Positions 1 to 10,458 of a stretch of DNA of 27,218 bases are shown in pieces. A program made the translations under genes and the position numbers. Below the pieces are notes generated by a model that saw only the letters and a program-made list of their open reading frames with translations, did no database searches and was not told the origin of the DNA. This DNA is from Fibrobacteria bacterium (lineage in GTDB: Bacteria; Fibrobacterota; Fibrobacteria; UBA11236): assembly GCA_041746255.1 (NCBI GenBank), contig JBGTHM010000120.1:1-27218 (forward strand). Direction: 5' to 3'. How positions within the stretch are numbered: the first letter of the stretch is position 1; the number at the start of each line of letters is the position of its first letter.

Positions 1-2300
1 CCCGTCGCAACAGGTTCGACTTTTCGGCCGAAATCCACGATGCGGGCCACATCAGGATTGTCGCTTACCAAGGTGTATTGCTTATAGGTAGCGTTATCGG
101 GTGTCCAACTAATGGAGGGGGCTTGAGACGTGCTCAATAAACCTAATCTCATGTCTTCCACCTTCACCGATTTAACGGGACGGATAATCTCCAATTGGAA
201 AGAAGCCGTTTTCCCACCATCTACGGTAGTCGCTTCGATGGTCACTTTACCGTCGTCCAGAGCCCTAACATGGGTTCCGCCGATGATTTGCGCTCTTGAC
301 GTATTGGAACTTTTGGCCGTGAACCGCTTGTCGGTAGCATTGGTGGGATTCCAACTCAATTGACCGCTTACATCGAAATCCGGATCTCCGACATTCAGGG
401 TGAAATCCGCCCCCGATATCGAAACGACGGGAATGTGCTGGTTCACCTCCACCTGGAAAGACTTACTGATAGAACCCGATTGCAGAACCACCGTGGCGAT
501 GCCTTTTCCCTGGGCCACTACTTTCTGTTTGTCCGCACTGAGCGTGGCAACCGAAGGATTACTGGTATGCACAAGACTATAGGTTTTCTCCGAAGCGTCT
601 GCGGGAATCCATGTGATGGACGGAGCTTTCGGCGCCTCCCCCAGCATGAAGTCCATTTTTCCCACTTCGACGGAAGTCAGCGCGACGAATGCGGGAAGCA
701 CCTTGACCCAGGCTGTATCCGTGAAGCCGCCGTCCTCGGCGATTATAACCACTTGTGCCTGACCTACCGCCACAGCGGCGATCTTTCCAGTTTCAATTTT
801 TACGATGGAGGTATTGAGGCTCATCAGGATGTGGTTGCGGTTACCCGCGTTCGTAGGAGTCCACTCCACCAAAGGAGTTCGCGCAGCCTCACCCATGCGC
901 ATTTCCATATCCATAACCTTGACCCCCGCCAAGGAGACGCTGGTATCAGGTGGAGAAACCTGGACCGTAAAAATGGCTTGTTTGCCCCCATCCTCAGCTG
1001 TTACCGTAATCCAGGCATTTCCGATGGAGACGGGTTGCACGGCATTTCCATGCGAAATTGTAGCCACGCTGGAGTCGGAGCTGCTTAACGAGAAATTCTG
1101 ATTTCGCGCATCTGACGGATGCCAAATCAGGGTAGGTATCCTGGCGCTCTCACCCAAAACCAATTGCATATCCAAAGCCGACACGGACTCCAAAGGAGCG
1201 GCATTTTCAGTCACGGTTACCTCGAAAGGAACCAGTTTTCCCTCCCCATCATCCGACATCAGCAAAAGCAACGCTTTACCCAGCGCCACTGCGCGTATTT
1301 TACCGCTGACTATCGCCACAATTTGGGGATCCTGGCTCACCAGACGATATCCCTTATTGGTGGCGTCGCTGGGTATCCACTCCACTTCGGGAAGGACATC
1401 CGGCGTTCCGAGACCCAAAAAAAGCGGCGCCACTGTTACGCTTTGTACGGGACGATAATCTTCCGCGCGCACCACGGTAACGGTGAACTCCGCCTGGTGA
1501 AAGCCGTCCTCCGACTCAACCATAAATAAAGCCTGCCCGGGGCTGTGAGGATTCACGAAACCTTGAGCGGCCGAAGCCACCGACGGGTCACCACTCGTCA
1601 TGTAAAAGTTCCTGTATGTAGCGTTGGAGGGATTCCAGGTAATTACCGGAGGTTTTGGAAGGCCACCGACGGTAAAGAAAAGGTTTCCGGCACTGATGGA
1701 TTGCAAGGGGGTGCCCTGTGACACCACCGAGACGTTGAAAAAACCCTGCGCGCCCGTCCCGGTGAGAAAATCGATGCGCGCGGTTCCAATGGAAACAGGC
1801 TTGATTTTTCCAGCCTCCAATGCCGCGACCGTGGAATCGGCTGTTTCCAGAGAATAGCCATTAACCCCCAGTTGCGCGGTATCTCCTACGAAACGGGGAG
1901 GCTTGGGTGTGTCCCCCACCCAAAGAAGCATATCCCGCGCCTGAAGTTTGGAAAATGGGATGGGACCGGTGGTATCCGGGGGAGAGCCGGTTTCCGAATC
2001 CACTATCCTTTGTTTTTCCTTTTTCGCTTCGGCCAGACATAATGACGGTTCCAAAGAACAGGTAGGGGCATATTTCTCCACGCTGTCGGCGATTCCGTTG
2101 CCGTTTCCATCCACGGTCCAATCGTCCCCGGCATAATTGGGGCTGGCTGGATCATGAGGATTATCGAAGTTGCGGTTACAACCCGCTACCAAAAAGGTTC
2201 CCACTATCGCAATAACCAATGCCGTAACCCACGTTGACTGGGCAAGGGATTTTCCGCCAGGGCTACGATTCGATGCAAATTGCCGTAATGGTTTCCACAT
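1..2300 (-). CDS. Lipoprotein with at least 8 tandem bacterial Ig-like (Big_2) repeats; 3' end lies beyond the window; missing from the ORF track
   Basis: Translated by hand from ATG at 2300, with GAGG RBS upstream. MWKPLRQ...TALVIAIVGTFLVAG|CNRNFDNPHDP gives a lipobox, followed by DGNGNGIAD and ~80-aa repeats such as PVQSVTV...WIPSDATNKGY.L.S.DP.IV......V..G.A.....SDDG and WNPTNATDKRF...TTVDGGKTASF. The frame stays open to position 1. Confidence 0.9.
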   Translation of the reverse strand, partial: MWKPLRQFASNRSPGGKSLAQSTWVTALVIAIVGTFLVAGCNRNFDNPHDPASPNYAGDDWTVDGNGNGIADSVEKYAPTCSLEPSLCLAEAKKEKQRIVDSETGSPPDTTGPIPFSKLQARDMLLWVGDTPKPPRFVGDTAQLGVNGYSLETADSTVAALEAGKIKPVSIGTARIDFLTGTGAQGFFNVSVVSQGTPLQSISAGNLFFTVGGLPKPPVITWNPSNATYRNFYMTSGDPSVASAAQGFVNPHSPGQALFMVESEDGFHQAEFTVTVVRAEDYRPVQSVTVAPLFLGLGTPDVLPEVEWIPSDATNKGYRLVSQDPQIVAIVSGKIRAVALGKALLLLMSDDGEGKLVPFEVTVTENAAPLESVSALDMQLVLGESARIPTLIWHPSDARNQNFSLSSSDSSVATISHGNAVQPVSIGNAWITVTAEDGGKQAIFTVQVSPPDTSVSLAGVKVMDMEMRMGEAARTPLVEWTPTNAGNRNHILMSLNTSIVKIETGKIAAVAVGQAQVVIIAEDGGFTDTAWVKVLPAFVALTSVEVGKMDFMLGEAPKAPSITWIPADASEKTYSLVHTSNPSVATLSADKQKVVAQGKGIATVVLQSGSISKSFQVEVNQHIPVVSISGADFTLNVGDPDFDVSGQLSWNPTNATDKRFTAKSSNTSRAQIIGGTHVRALDDGKVTIEATTVDGGKTASFQLEIIRPVKSVKVEDMRLGLLSTSQAPSISWTPDNATYKQYTLVSDNPDVARIVDFGRKVEPVAT

Positions 2301-2322
2301 CTTAAACCTCACGCAAGTCCGC

Positions 2323-3528
2323 TTAAAAAACAAATAGCGCCAGCCCCAAGCCGGCACTAGCGCCTCCCGATAAACCCAACCAATTTCGTTTACGGTCGAG
2401 TCCCTCCACTTGAGCGCGATGATGGACTGCGGTTTCCCGTGATTGAGCGGATAGGAAGGCCTGATATTCCGCTTCACCGCCCTTATGAGCATCGTAAGCC
2501 AAATACCCCATTACGGCTCCCGCCGTAACCAGCATCCCCGAAACAACAGTCGGCCACCATCGGGTTTTTCCCGGCCGCTCCTTCGCCGGTTGCCAAATAT
2601 CATCCTGATTTTTGAAAAGCCCCGCGAAAAACTTTTTCTCGAATTGAAGAATCTTCTGAAAATCTGACGTAGCGGGAGAGGGCCAGTCGCGCAACTTTTT
2701 ACCTTCGGTAACATCAAAAAATTGCATTTGCAGCCGGTACATTTGGTTGTCCAAGGTAAGCCGGGAGGCAACCATATGGGAAACATCGGCCTTTCTACCC
2801 AGATTCAGGATACTTTCATCAGAATTCGGCAAAGCCGTACGATCGATTTCCATGGCAAGCAAGAGTTCGTTTAGTTCCTGCTGTGTCATCACATTGAATT
2901 CTCGCGATCCATAAAGGTGCGTGGTAGTCCGTTCGGCCATCACCCGCGAATACACGGAGGCCGGATTCAAGTCGATGACGGTCATCAAGCCACGTTTGCC
3001 TTTACTCTCCAAGGATAGTTCCATGGGATCGAGCTGCCCAACCAAATCGCCTAAGACGGTTTGTACCCCTTGGGCGGGATTTCCCTCACGCCTACGCACC
3101 ACTTCGCCCACTCGCGACCAAACGGTTTGAACCGTAGGCAGATGGACCAGGTTCAGGGTATAGGTATAGAATTCCTGCAAAGCGGTTACGGTTCCAAAGA
3201 GCACGAAACTGGAACCGATAACCGTCCCGGCATCATATGCGCATTGAAATTCACGGCAGAGATTATCCGGTTCCAGACCGTAAGCCCGATATTTTTCCAC
3301 TACGGAATCTACGGGAATGACCTCCCATTTTCCCGACTGCGCCAGATTCCGTCGGACCAGGTCGCCCCACAACCTTGGCCCCTCCCCTTCCATGGCCAAG
3401 TCGACCGGGTTCAAGACCGCTATCCGGGGTAGGGCGGGTGGTTCTCCAATTTTTTCTCCAAAACCCGGAACAGCCGACAAAAATGCGGCCATAGCAATCC
3501 CAACCGCCATTCCCAGATACGAATTCAT
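2323..3528 (-). CDS. Exported protein with two CsgG/TolB-N-like alpha/beta domains and C-terminal membrane segments
   Basis: N-terminal signal peptide. RIAVL...C.EFQCAYDAG..IGSSFVLFGTV has a second similar unit (ILNLGRKADVSHMVASRL). The C-terminus has hydrophobic helices. The gene ends 22 bp upstream of the Big_2 gene on the same strand. Confidence 0.65.
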   Translation of the reverse strand: MNSYLGMAVGIAMAAFLSAVPGFGEKIGEPPALPRIAVLNPVDLAMEGEGPRLWGDLVRRNLAQSGKWEVIPVDSVVEKYRAYGLEPDNLCREFQCAYDAGTVIGSSFVLFGTVTALQEFYTYTLNLVHLPTVQTVWSRVGEVVRRREGNPAQGVQTVLGDLVGQLDPMELSLESKGKRGLMTVIDLNPASVYSRVMAERTTTHLYGSREFNVMTQQELNELLLAMEIDRTALPNSDESILNLGRKADVSHMVASRLTLDNQMYRLQMQFFDVTEGKKLRDWPSPATSDFQKILQFEKKFFAGLFKNQDDIWQPAKERPGKTRWWPTVVSGMLVTAGAVMGYLAYDAHKGGEAEYQAFLSAQSRETAVHHRAQVEGLDRKRNWLGLSGGASAGLGLALFVF

Positions 3529-3614
3529 TTCCCTTGATTGTACTGAATGAGTAAATATTTTCGCAGCCTAATATTTCAGATCTTTTTAAGTAATTTGGCT
3601 TTTTTGCGTTTCAT

Positions 3615-3842
3615 TCAGGCCGATAGTTCACACCACCTACCGTTGGCTGCTTCCAATACTTTCACTAAATCATGGTTACCGGATTCATCCAGCTTTTTGG
3701 CAACCTTGGTAAAACTTTCCATCGACAGGTCAATTTGGACACCCTCATCTCCCGCAGCTTTTTCCAATAAATTTTCCACTTCATTCTGGGTACGGGCATG
3801 CTTCACCGTCTCCATAAGCCGCTCAAATTTCTCATTCTCCAT
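3615..3842 (-). CDS. Hypothetical helical protein (75 aa, MENEKFERL...)
   Basis: ATG at 3842 has a clear AGGAGG RBS. The longer 3959 start in the ORF track lacks one and overlaps a divergent promoter region. Confidence 0.7.
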   Translation of the reverse strand: MENEKFERLMETVKHARTQNEVENLLEKAAGDEGVQIDLSMESFTKVAKKLDESGNHDLVKVLEAANGRWCELSA

Positions 3843-3943
3843 TCCCGGCCTCCTAAGCTTGGGGTTATATAGGAAAATGAAAAATCCGTCCTGTGCAAAG
3901 GCAATGGAATCCGCTCCCAAGCAAGGCATTTTACCCATGCCGA

Positions 3944-3952
3944 TGTTATAAT
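3944..3952 (+). promoter_or_regulatory. Extended -10 promoter element (TGtTATAAT)
   Basis: Perfect TGnTATAAT ending 9 nt before the ATG at 3962. Confidence 0.5.
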
Positions 3953-3961
3953 CATCCAATC

Positions 3962-4180
3962 ATGCCCTTGCGCGGAAGAAAATGGATTGGAATGTTTTTC
4001 CCATGCTGCGCCATGTATTCCCGTGCCTATATGAGCCAGGATGGAACCCACTACCGGGGCTGCTGTCCACGCTGCGGATTTCCCGCGGTTTTACCGCCCC
4101 ACAGCATGCAAGGGTGGGTTCACGCTCCCCGAACGCCCTCGCCCCTGCCGCCCGGTCGCTCCCGCTCTTCCGCACCCTAA
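3962..4180 (+). CDS. Small Cys-rich putative zinc-ribbon protein (72 aa)
   Basis: MPLRGRKWIGMFFPCCAMYSRAYMSQDGTHYRGCCPRCG has CC...CPRC ligands. The G-x-x-F-x-CC-x-x-Y-x-R-x-Y...Y-x-G-x-CP-x-C pattern matches, from memory, an uncharacterised small-protein family. It is in frame with track ORF 3893..4180. Confidence 0.6.
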   Translation: MPLRGRKWIGMFFPCCAMYSRAYMSQDGTHYRGCCPRCGFPAVLPPHSMQGWVHAPRTPSPLPPGRSRSSAP

Positions 4181-4396
4181 GCGGCGGCCCTTTTCGGGAG
4201 TAATCCCAGTTTGATTTTTACGACGATTTTTCGATTTGCAAAGATAGCCCCTGCTGGCGGTACTATTCTGCAACTAGATCCGTTCCCACCAATTTTAGTG
4301 GCTAATTCCGTTCCGCTAATTGATTTGACTCCCCGCAAAACCAGTGTTTGTTTAATGAATAGATGGAAGCACGTTTTTTAGATAAGGGAGGAGAGA

Positions 4397-4990
4397 ATGG
4401 ACGAAATGGAAAAAAATATCGGTACCATGCCGGGTGAAGAAGGAGAGGAATCGGCACAGGTATTCAAGGAGAGATTGAAAAAGAATTTCGAGACGAGCCG
4501 GCGGGAGGCGGACGAAACCATCGGTACGGTACGGAAGTACGGGGAGGATTTCCTGGGTGAACGCCAGCAAAAGGCCGCCCACGAAGTGGAAAACCTATCG
4601 AAGGCCTTAAAAAGGGCCGCCGAAAGCTTACGGGAAGACCAGGATAATTCCCTGGCCGATTATGTCGACGCATTCGCCGTACGGGCGGATTCGCTTTCCC
4701 GCTCTTTGGAAGACCAAAGTCCTCGCGAATTGCTGCATAGGATTGGAGAGATGGTGGAAAGAAAACCCGAATGGTTCGTGGGTGGAATGTTCGTCGCGGG
4801 TCTAACGATTGCGCGCTTTTTGAAGGCTTCCCCTCCTGGCTCGAAATCATTCGAATCCTACGAAAATGACGAACTGAGGGATGAGCCGGAGCCGGTAGCG
4901 ACGGATTCCTTTCCTGAAACCTTCCCCTCACAGAAATCAGGCTACACCACCGAGCCCGATACTTCTTTCAATTCAGACGGGAGGAAATAA
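4397..4990 (+). CDS. General-stress-type membrane-anchored protein (ElaB/DUF883-like C-terminus)
   Basis: Strong GGAGGAG RBS, helical N-region and the RKPEWFVGGMFVAGLTIARFLKAS motif. First gene of the triad. Confidence 0.75.
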   Translation: MDEMEKNIGTMPGEEGEESAQVFKERLKKNFETSRREADETIGTVRKYGEDFLGERQQKAAHEVENLSKALKRAAESLREDQDNSLADYVDAFAVRADSLSRSLEDQSPRELLHRIGEMVERKPEWFVGGMFVAGLTIARFLKASPPGSKSFESYENDELRDEPEPVATDSFPETFPSQKSGYTTEPDTSFNSDGRK

Positions 4991-4991
4991 A

Positions 4992-5477
4992 ATGGATGAC
5001 AGGAATGAAACCAAAGCTTATGGAACCGAGCGTCAATCCGAGCCCCGATATACCCATACGGCCGACTCTTATGAAAGCCAATCCTTGGCGGGTTTAATAA
5101 AGGAGCTACGCGACGAGACTCTGCTTCTCATCTATCAGGAGGTGGCCCTCATCCGCAGCGAAATGAGTGAAAAGGCATCCCTTTTATCCCGCAACGGAAT
5201 TTATCTCGCGGCGGGCGCTCTACTCGCTTTTGCGGGATTGATTGTCTTGGTATTGGGAGTGAGTTTTCTCCTGCAATGGGTGCTCATCGCCGCAGGATTA
5301 TCCGGTATGCTCTCCGCTTGGATCGCCGCGTTGGTGGTCGGTACGGCGGTTTTGCTGATCGGTTATGGATTGATTCAAAAAGCCATCTCCACCATTAAAA
5401 AGGAGTCGCTGGCGCCCCAAAAAACCATACACTCATTTAAGGAGGATAAGGAATGGATACGTCAAAAGAGGAAATAA
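4992..5477 (+). CDS. Phage-holin-family (YhjD/DUF1469-type) membrane protein
   Basis: SLAGLIKEL..E...L..QEVAL.RSEMSEK, two TM helices and the C-terminal P.KTI.S.KED.EW signature. Confidence 0.85.
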   Translation: MDDRNETKAYGTERQSEPRYTHTADSYESQSLAGLIKELRDETLLLIYQEVALIRSEMSEKASLLSRNGIYLAAGALLAFAGLIVLVLGVSFLLQWVLIAAGLSGMLSAWIAALVVGTAVLLIGYGLIQKAISTIKKESLAPQKTIHSFKEDKEWIRQKRK

Positions 5478-6316
5478 GAACAGGTAAAATCGCGGAATAC
5501 GCCAAAAAATCGAAACCGCGGGAAATCGAGAACGACATTCGTGGGACCCGTCATAAAATGGACGAGTTGATTGATAAGGTTAGCGAAAGGCTTACTCCAC
5601 GCCACTTGCTGGACGAGGCCTTACGGGCCGCCCGGAAACCAGAGAATCAAGAAGCCCTGATGCGAAAAGCGCGTTCAGCAGGAAGGTCTACGGTTGCTGC
5701 CTTTAAAGAAAATCCGATTCCCGCCGTATTGATGGGAGCGGGTGCGGCTTGGTTGCTATACAACCAAAGCAAGGATAAATTCGGAGGTATGCCTCAATAC
5801 GATTCGGAATACCCTGATTTTTACGATGGAAACGACGACATCGGAGGCGAACCGGCAACTGATTGGCGGCCCGGTGGACGCATGGAGGAGTCGCTATCCA
5901 AAGGGCGGCAAATCAAGGAGAAGGTCAAGGAAAAATTAACCGAAGGTAAGGAAAAAGCCTATCAGAAAGGATCAAACTTGGCATACTCAGCCAAGGACAA
6001 GGCGGAATCCTGGGCGCGACGTGGCCTGGAAAAGAGCGGAGAATCCGCTTATCGGGCATTGCATAATCATCCGCTGATTTTGGGAGTAGCGGCCTTGGCT
6101 GCCGGCGTGTTCTTGGGAACGGCCATTCCTGAATCGCGAAAAGAACAAGAAGTCCTGGGTGATGCCTCAGAGAATCTTAAAAAACGAGCCTATGACAAAG
6201 GAGAGGAAGTTTACGCAAAAGGGAAAAAGGTGGTGCGGACGGTAGCGGAAGAAACTTCGCAACAAGCGGGTGATATCTTGGAAAAAGCCAAACAAGCAGG
6301 CGAGAGCGTAACCTAA
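5453..6316 (+). CDS. DUF3618 domain protein
   Basis: PREIENDIRGTRHKMDELIDKVSERLTP, ENPIPAVLMGAGAAWL and HPLILGVAALAAG...IPESRKE. The start overlaps the previous gene by 25 nt. Confidence 0.85.
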   Translation: MDTSKEEIRTGKIAEYAKKSKPREIENDIRGTRHKMDELIDKVSERLTPRHLLDEALRAARKPENQEALMRKARSAGRSTVAAFKENPIPAVLMGAGAAWLLYNQSKDKFGGMPQYDSEYPDFYDGNDDIGGEPATDWRPGGRMEESLSKGRQIKEKVKEKLTEGKEKAYQKGSNLAYSAKDKAESWARRGLEKSGESAYRALHNHPLILGVAALAAGVFLGTAIPESRKEQEVLGDASENLKKRAYDKGEEVYAKGKKVVRTVAEETSQQAGDILEKAKQAGESVT

Positions 6317-6355
6317 AACTTGCGATGGGGAGGGTCTAATCCTAACTTTGCCTTC

Positions 6356-6952
6356 ATGAAAAAGAAACGGGAATTCCGATTTGATGCCGCGTATTACCAC
6401 CGCTATTACCTGAACCCCACCACACGCGTAACCGATCCTTCGACACGAACTCGTTTAGCCGCCTATGTATCCGCCGGCCTTAAGCATGTCGGGGTTCCGG
6501 TGAAACGTGTGTTGGACGCCGGTTGTGGTTTGGGTCATTGGGCGAAATTACTGCGGAGGTCATTTCCCGATGCCCACTATACGGGATTGGAGGTTAGTCA
6601 ATATCTCTGCGGCAAGTATGGTTTTACCCAGGCTTCGATTGCCGATTATAAAGGGAAGGGAAGCTTCGATTTGATCATCTGCCAGGGGGTGATGCAATAT
6701 TTGCGGAATGCAGAGGCGGTATCCGCCCTGGAGAATATCGCACGCCTATGCCGTGGCGCTCTTTATCTGGAGGCTTTGACGTCTGAGGACTGGGAACGGA
6801 ATTGCGATACCCAATCCACCGATGGATCGGTATACCTGCGCCGGGCCGACTGGTATCGCAAGAGACTCGCTCCCCATTTCATAAATATCGGAGGCGGCCT
6901 ATTTCTTGCGCGCCGCTCGCAGCCCATCTTGTTTGAGTTGGAACGCGCGTAA
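6356..6952 (+). CDS. Class I SAM-dependent methyltransferase
   Basis: VLDAGCGLG motif I and FDLIICQGVMQYL. ATG at 6356 is preferred over TTG at 6320. Confidence 0.85.
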   Translation: MKKKREFRFDAAYYHRYYLNPTTRVTDPSTRTRLAAYVSAGLKHVGVPVKRVLDAGCGLGHWAKLLRRSFPDAHYTGLEVSQYLCGKYGFTQASIADYKGKGSFDLIICQGVMQYLRNAEAVSALENIARLCRGALYLEALTSEDWERNCDTQSTDGSVYLRRADWYRKRLAPHFINIGGGLFLARRSQPILFELERA

Positions 6953-6994
6953 TAGCCGGCGACTCGCTCTATCTTTTCTCATTCGATCTTCGAG

Positions 6995-8932
<1,938 letters not shown>

Positions 8933-8992
8933 TTAACCGGCTGATAGCGCCGGCGAATGAGTTTCCTGAAGGAAATGCGGGAAGGGCGTTGA

Positions 8993-9080
8993 AGAACACT
9001 CCCTACGCCGGTATTATCCGGATCAGGTAAAAAGGGTTTTTCCTCTCGGAAATCTCAGGCCAAAGCCTCCCCTGGTTATT
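8993..9080 (-). ncRNA. TPP (THI-box) riboswitch
   Basis: The minus strand reads aaccAGGGGaggc..gcCTGAGAtttccgagaggaaaaACCCttttt ACCTGATccggATAATaccgGCGTAGGGAg, containing all THI-box consensus blocks, ~100 nt upstream of thiC. Confidence 0.95.
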
Positions 9081-9205
9081 CACCAATATAGCTATTGCGG
9101 TTGGGATGGTGGAATACCCGTGATTCGCAAATCTCGCAAAGGCAAAATCCTGGATACTTATTAGTTTAAGATAAGGGCGATTTCCCCTCAAAGAAAGTAG
9201 TGGTT

Positions 9206-9499
9206 ATGACCGAATTTGGAGCATGTACCCATACCAGTCCCCAGGAGGTGGCGGATATGGCGCAAGCCTATCTCACAAAAGCGGAGATTCCCGTTCCCGA
9301 TTGGGATGGTTGCCGTTTCGGTTTCGGCCAAGACGTGGTTTCGGAAGTTTGGAAATCGGTTTTTCTGGAAGTGGAAAGACGCGGTTCCGATTGGGTCGTC
9401 ACCAAAATTGACCGTCGTAAAACACCTCTGGACCAGTCGGAACAAGGCCTGGTGGTAATGCACCTCAGCGAAGCCGCAAGCGGCCTCCTCAGAGCCTAG
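9206..9499 (+). CDS. Hypothetical protein (MTEFGACTH...)
   Basis: Compact ORF with globular composition filling the gap between thiC and the next gene. The start (9200 or 9206) is uncertain. Confidence 0.6.
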   Translation: MTEFGACTHTSPQEVADMAQAYLTKAEIPVPDWDGCRFGFGQDVVSEVWKSVFLEVERRGSDWVVTKIDRRKTPLDQSEQGLVVMHLSEAASGLLRA

Positions 9500-9522
9500 C
9501 TTCGCACGCCATCGCGTCGATT

Positions 9523-10230
9523 CTAAATTTTCAGTGAATCCCAGCGTTTATCAACCACAATGTCCGCCGGCGCCGCAGTAGTGGACGTAGGGTCCTTCTT
9601 CTGCATTTCTTCCGCTTTTAAGCGAAGCCTCGTAACGGTATCGGAAAAACGAGGAGCGCCCTGAACCGGAACCGTAGGAAATGCGGGCTCCGGACCGCGA
9701 AGACCGTTTTCCGAAACGGACTTCATCGAAAATTCCGGAAATACCGTAGGTAAGGTGGCTTGGGGCACGGCCCCCGTCGATTCCGGCTTCGGGGTACCAG
9801 CCGAAACAGAGTGCAACCTTTTTTCCAGGGCTTGTATGGTATCATGCGCTGCGGCCAGACGCTGCTCATAAGCCAATTGCAACCGGGTTACCGGATTCCC
9901 CCCATCAATCCATTGGAAAAACCGCTCGAAAAAGAAGAACAAGGGTCGCTCCATCCGGTAACGGTAATTCACGATATCATAATGAAGATTCAGGCGGATC
10001 CAAACCAACCAAATTAATCCGACGGGAATACAGAACAAAGGCCAGCGATATTCCCAGAGATCGCGACCGAAATTGCTGCTGACAAACCAGCTCCCAATCC
10101 CCCACAATTCTATGGCCGCAGCCTTACGGAATACCGACACGCCGAAAACCTGGGAAAGCAGCCATCCGGTCGCAGCGATAAAGGCGCTTGGAAGCATTAG
10201 ATCATAGAAGAAAACATGTTTTTTCGTCAT
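9523..10230 (-). CDS. Hypothetical membrane protein (N-terminal TM helices, coiled coil, Pro-rich tail)
   Basis: ATG at 10230 with AAGGAAG upstream, hydrophobic N-terminal segments and LQLAYEQRLAAAHDTIQALEKRL. Confidence 0.7.
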   Translation of the reverse strand: MTKKHVFFYDLMLPSAFIAATGWLLSQVFGVSVFRKAAAIELWGIGSWFVSSNFGRDLWEYRWPLFCIPVGLIWLVWIRLNLHYDIVNYRYRMERPLFFFFERFFQWIDGGNPVTRLQLAYEQRLAAAHDTIQALEKRLHSVSAGTPKPESTGAVPQATLPTVFPEFSMKSVSENGLRGPEPAFPTVPVQGAPRFSDTVTRLRLKAEEMQKKDPTSTTAAPADIVVDKRWDSLKI

Positions 10231-10458
10231 GGTCTTCCTTGGGTTGCCGTGAGGGCGCCGCTCCATTCGCGTCGCCTGAACGGATTAAAATTTACTTCAC
10301 CCGCTGCTATTTCCTAAGGCCTGGGAGAATGCTTATTTTGAGCGAATTATGGGTATTTGTCACGGAAATCGGGAAGCCAGCGGAAAACCGGGAACAATGG
10401 TTAACTTGGAAGAACCCCGGAATTTTGGGGGACTATCAAATAGAGGAGCAAAATCCGC

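Noticed and set aside
130..1857. Plus-strand ORFs (e.g. 360..1088, 1119..1529)
   Set aside because: They are antisense shadows of the Big_2 lipoprotein gene.
4236..4266. Sigma70 promoter TTGCAA...TACTAT for the stress triad
   Set aside because: The 19-bp spacer is atypical, so it is plausible but not supportable without TSS data.
4992..5477. Holin-family gene as evidence of a prophage
   Set aside because: There are no phage structural, lysin or integrase genes, and the context is the DUF3618 stress triad.
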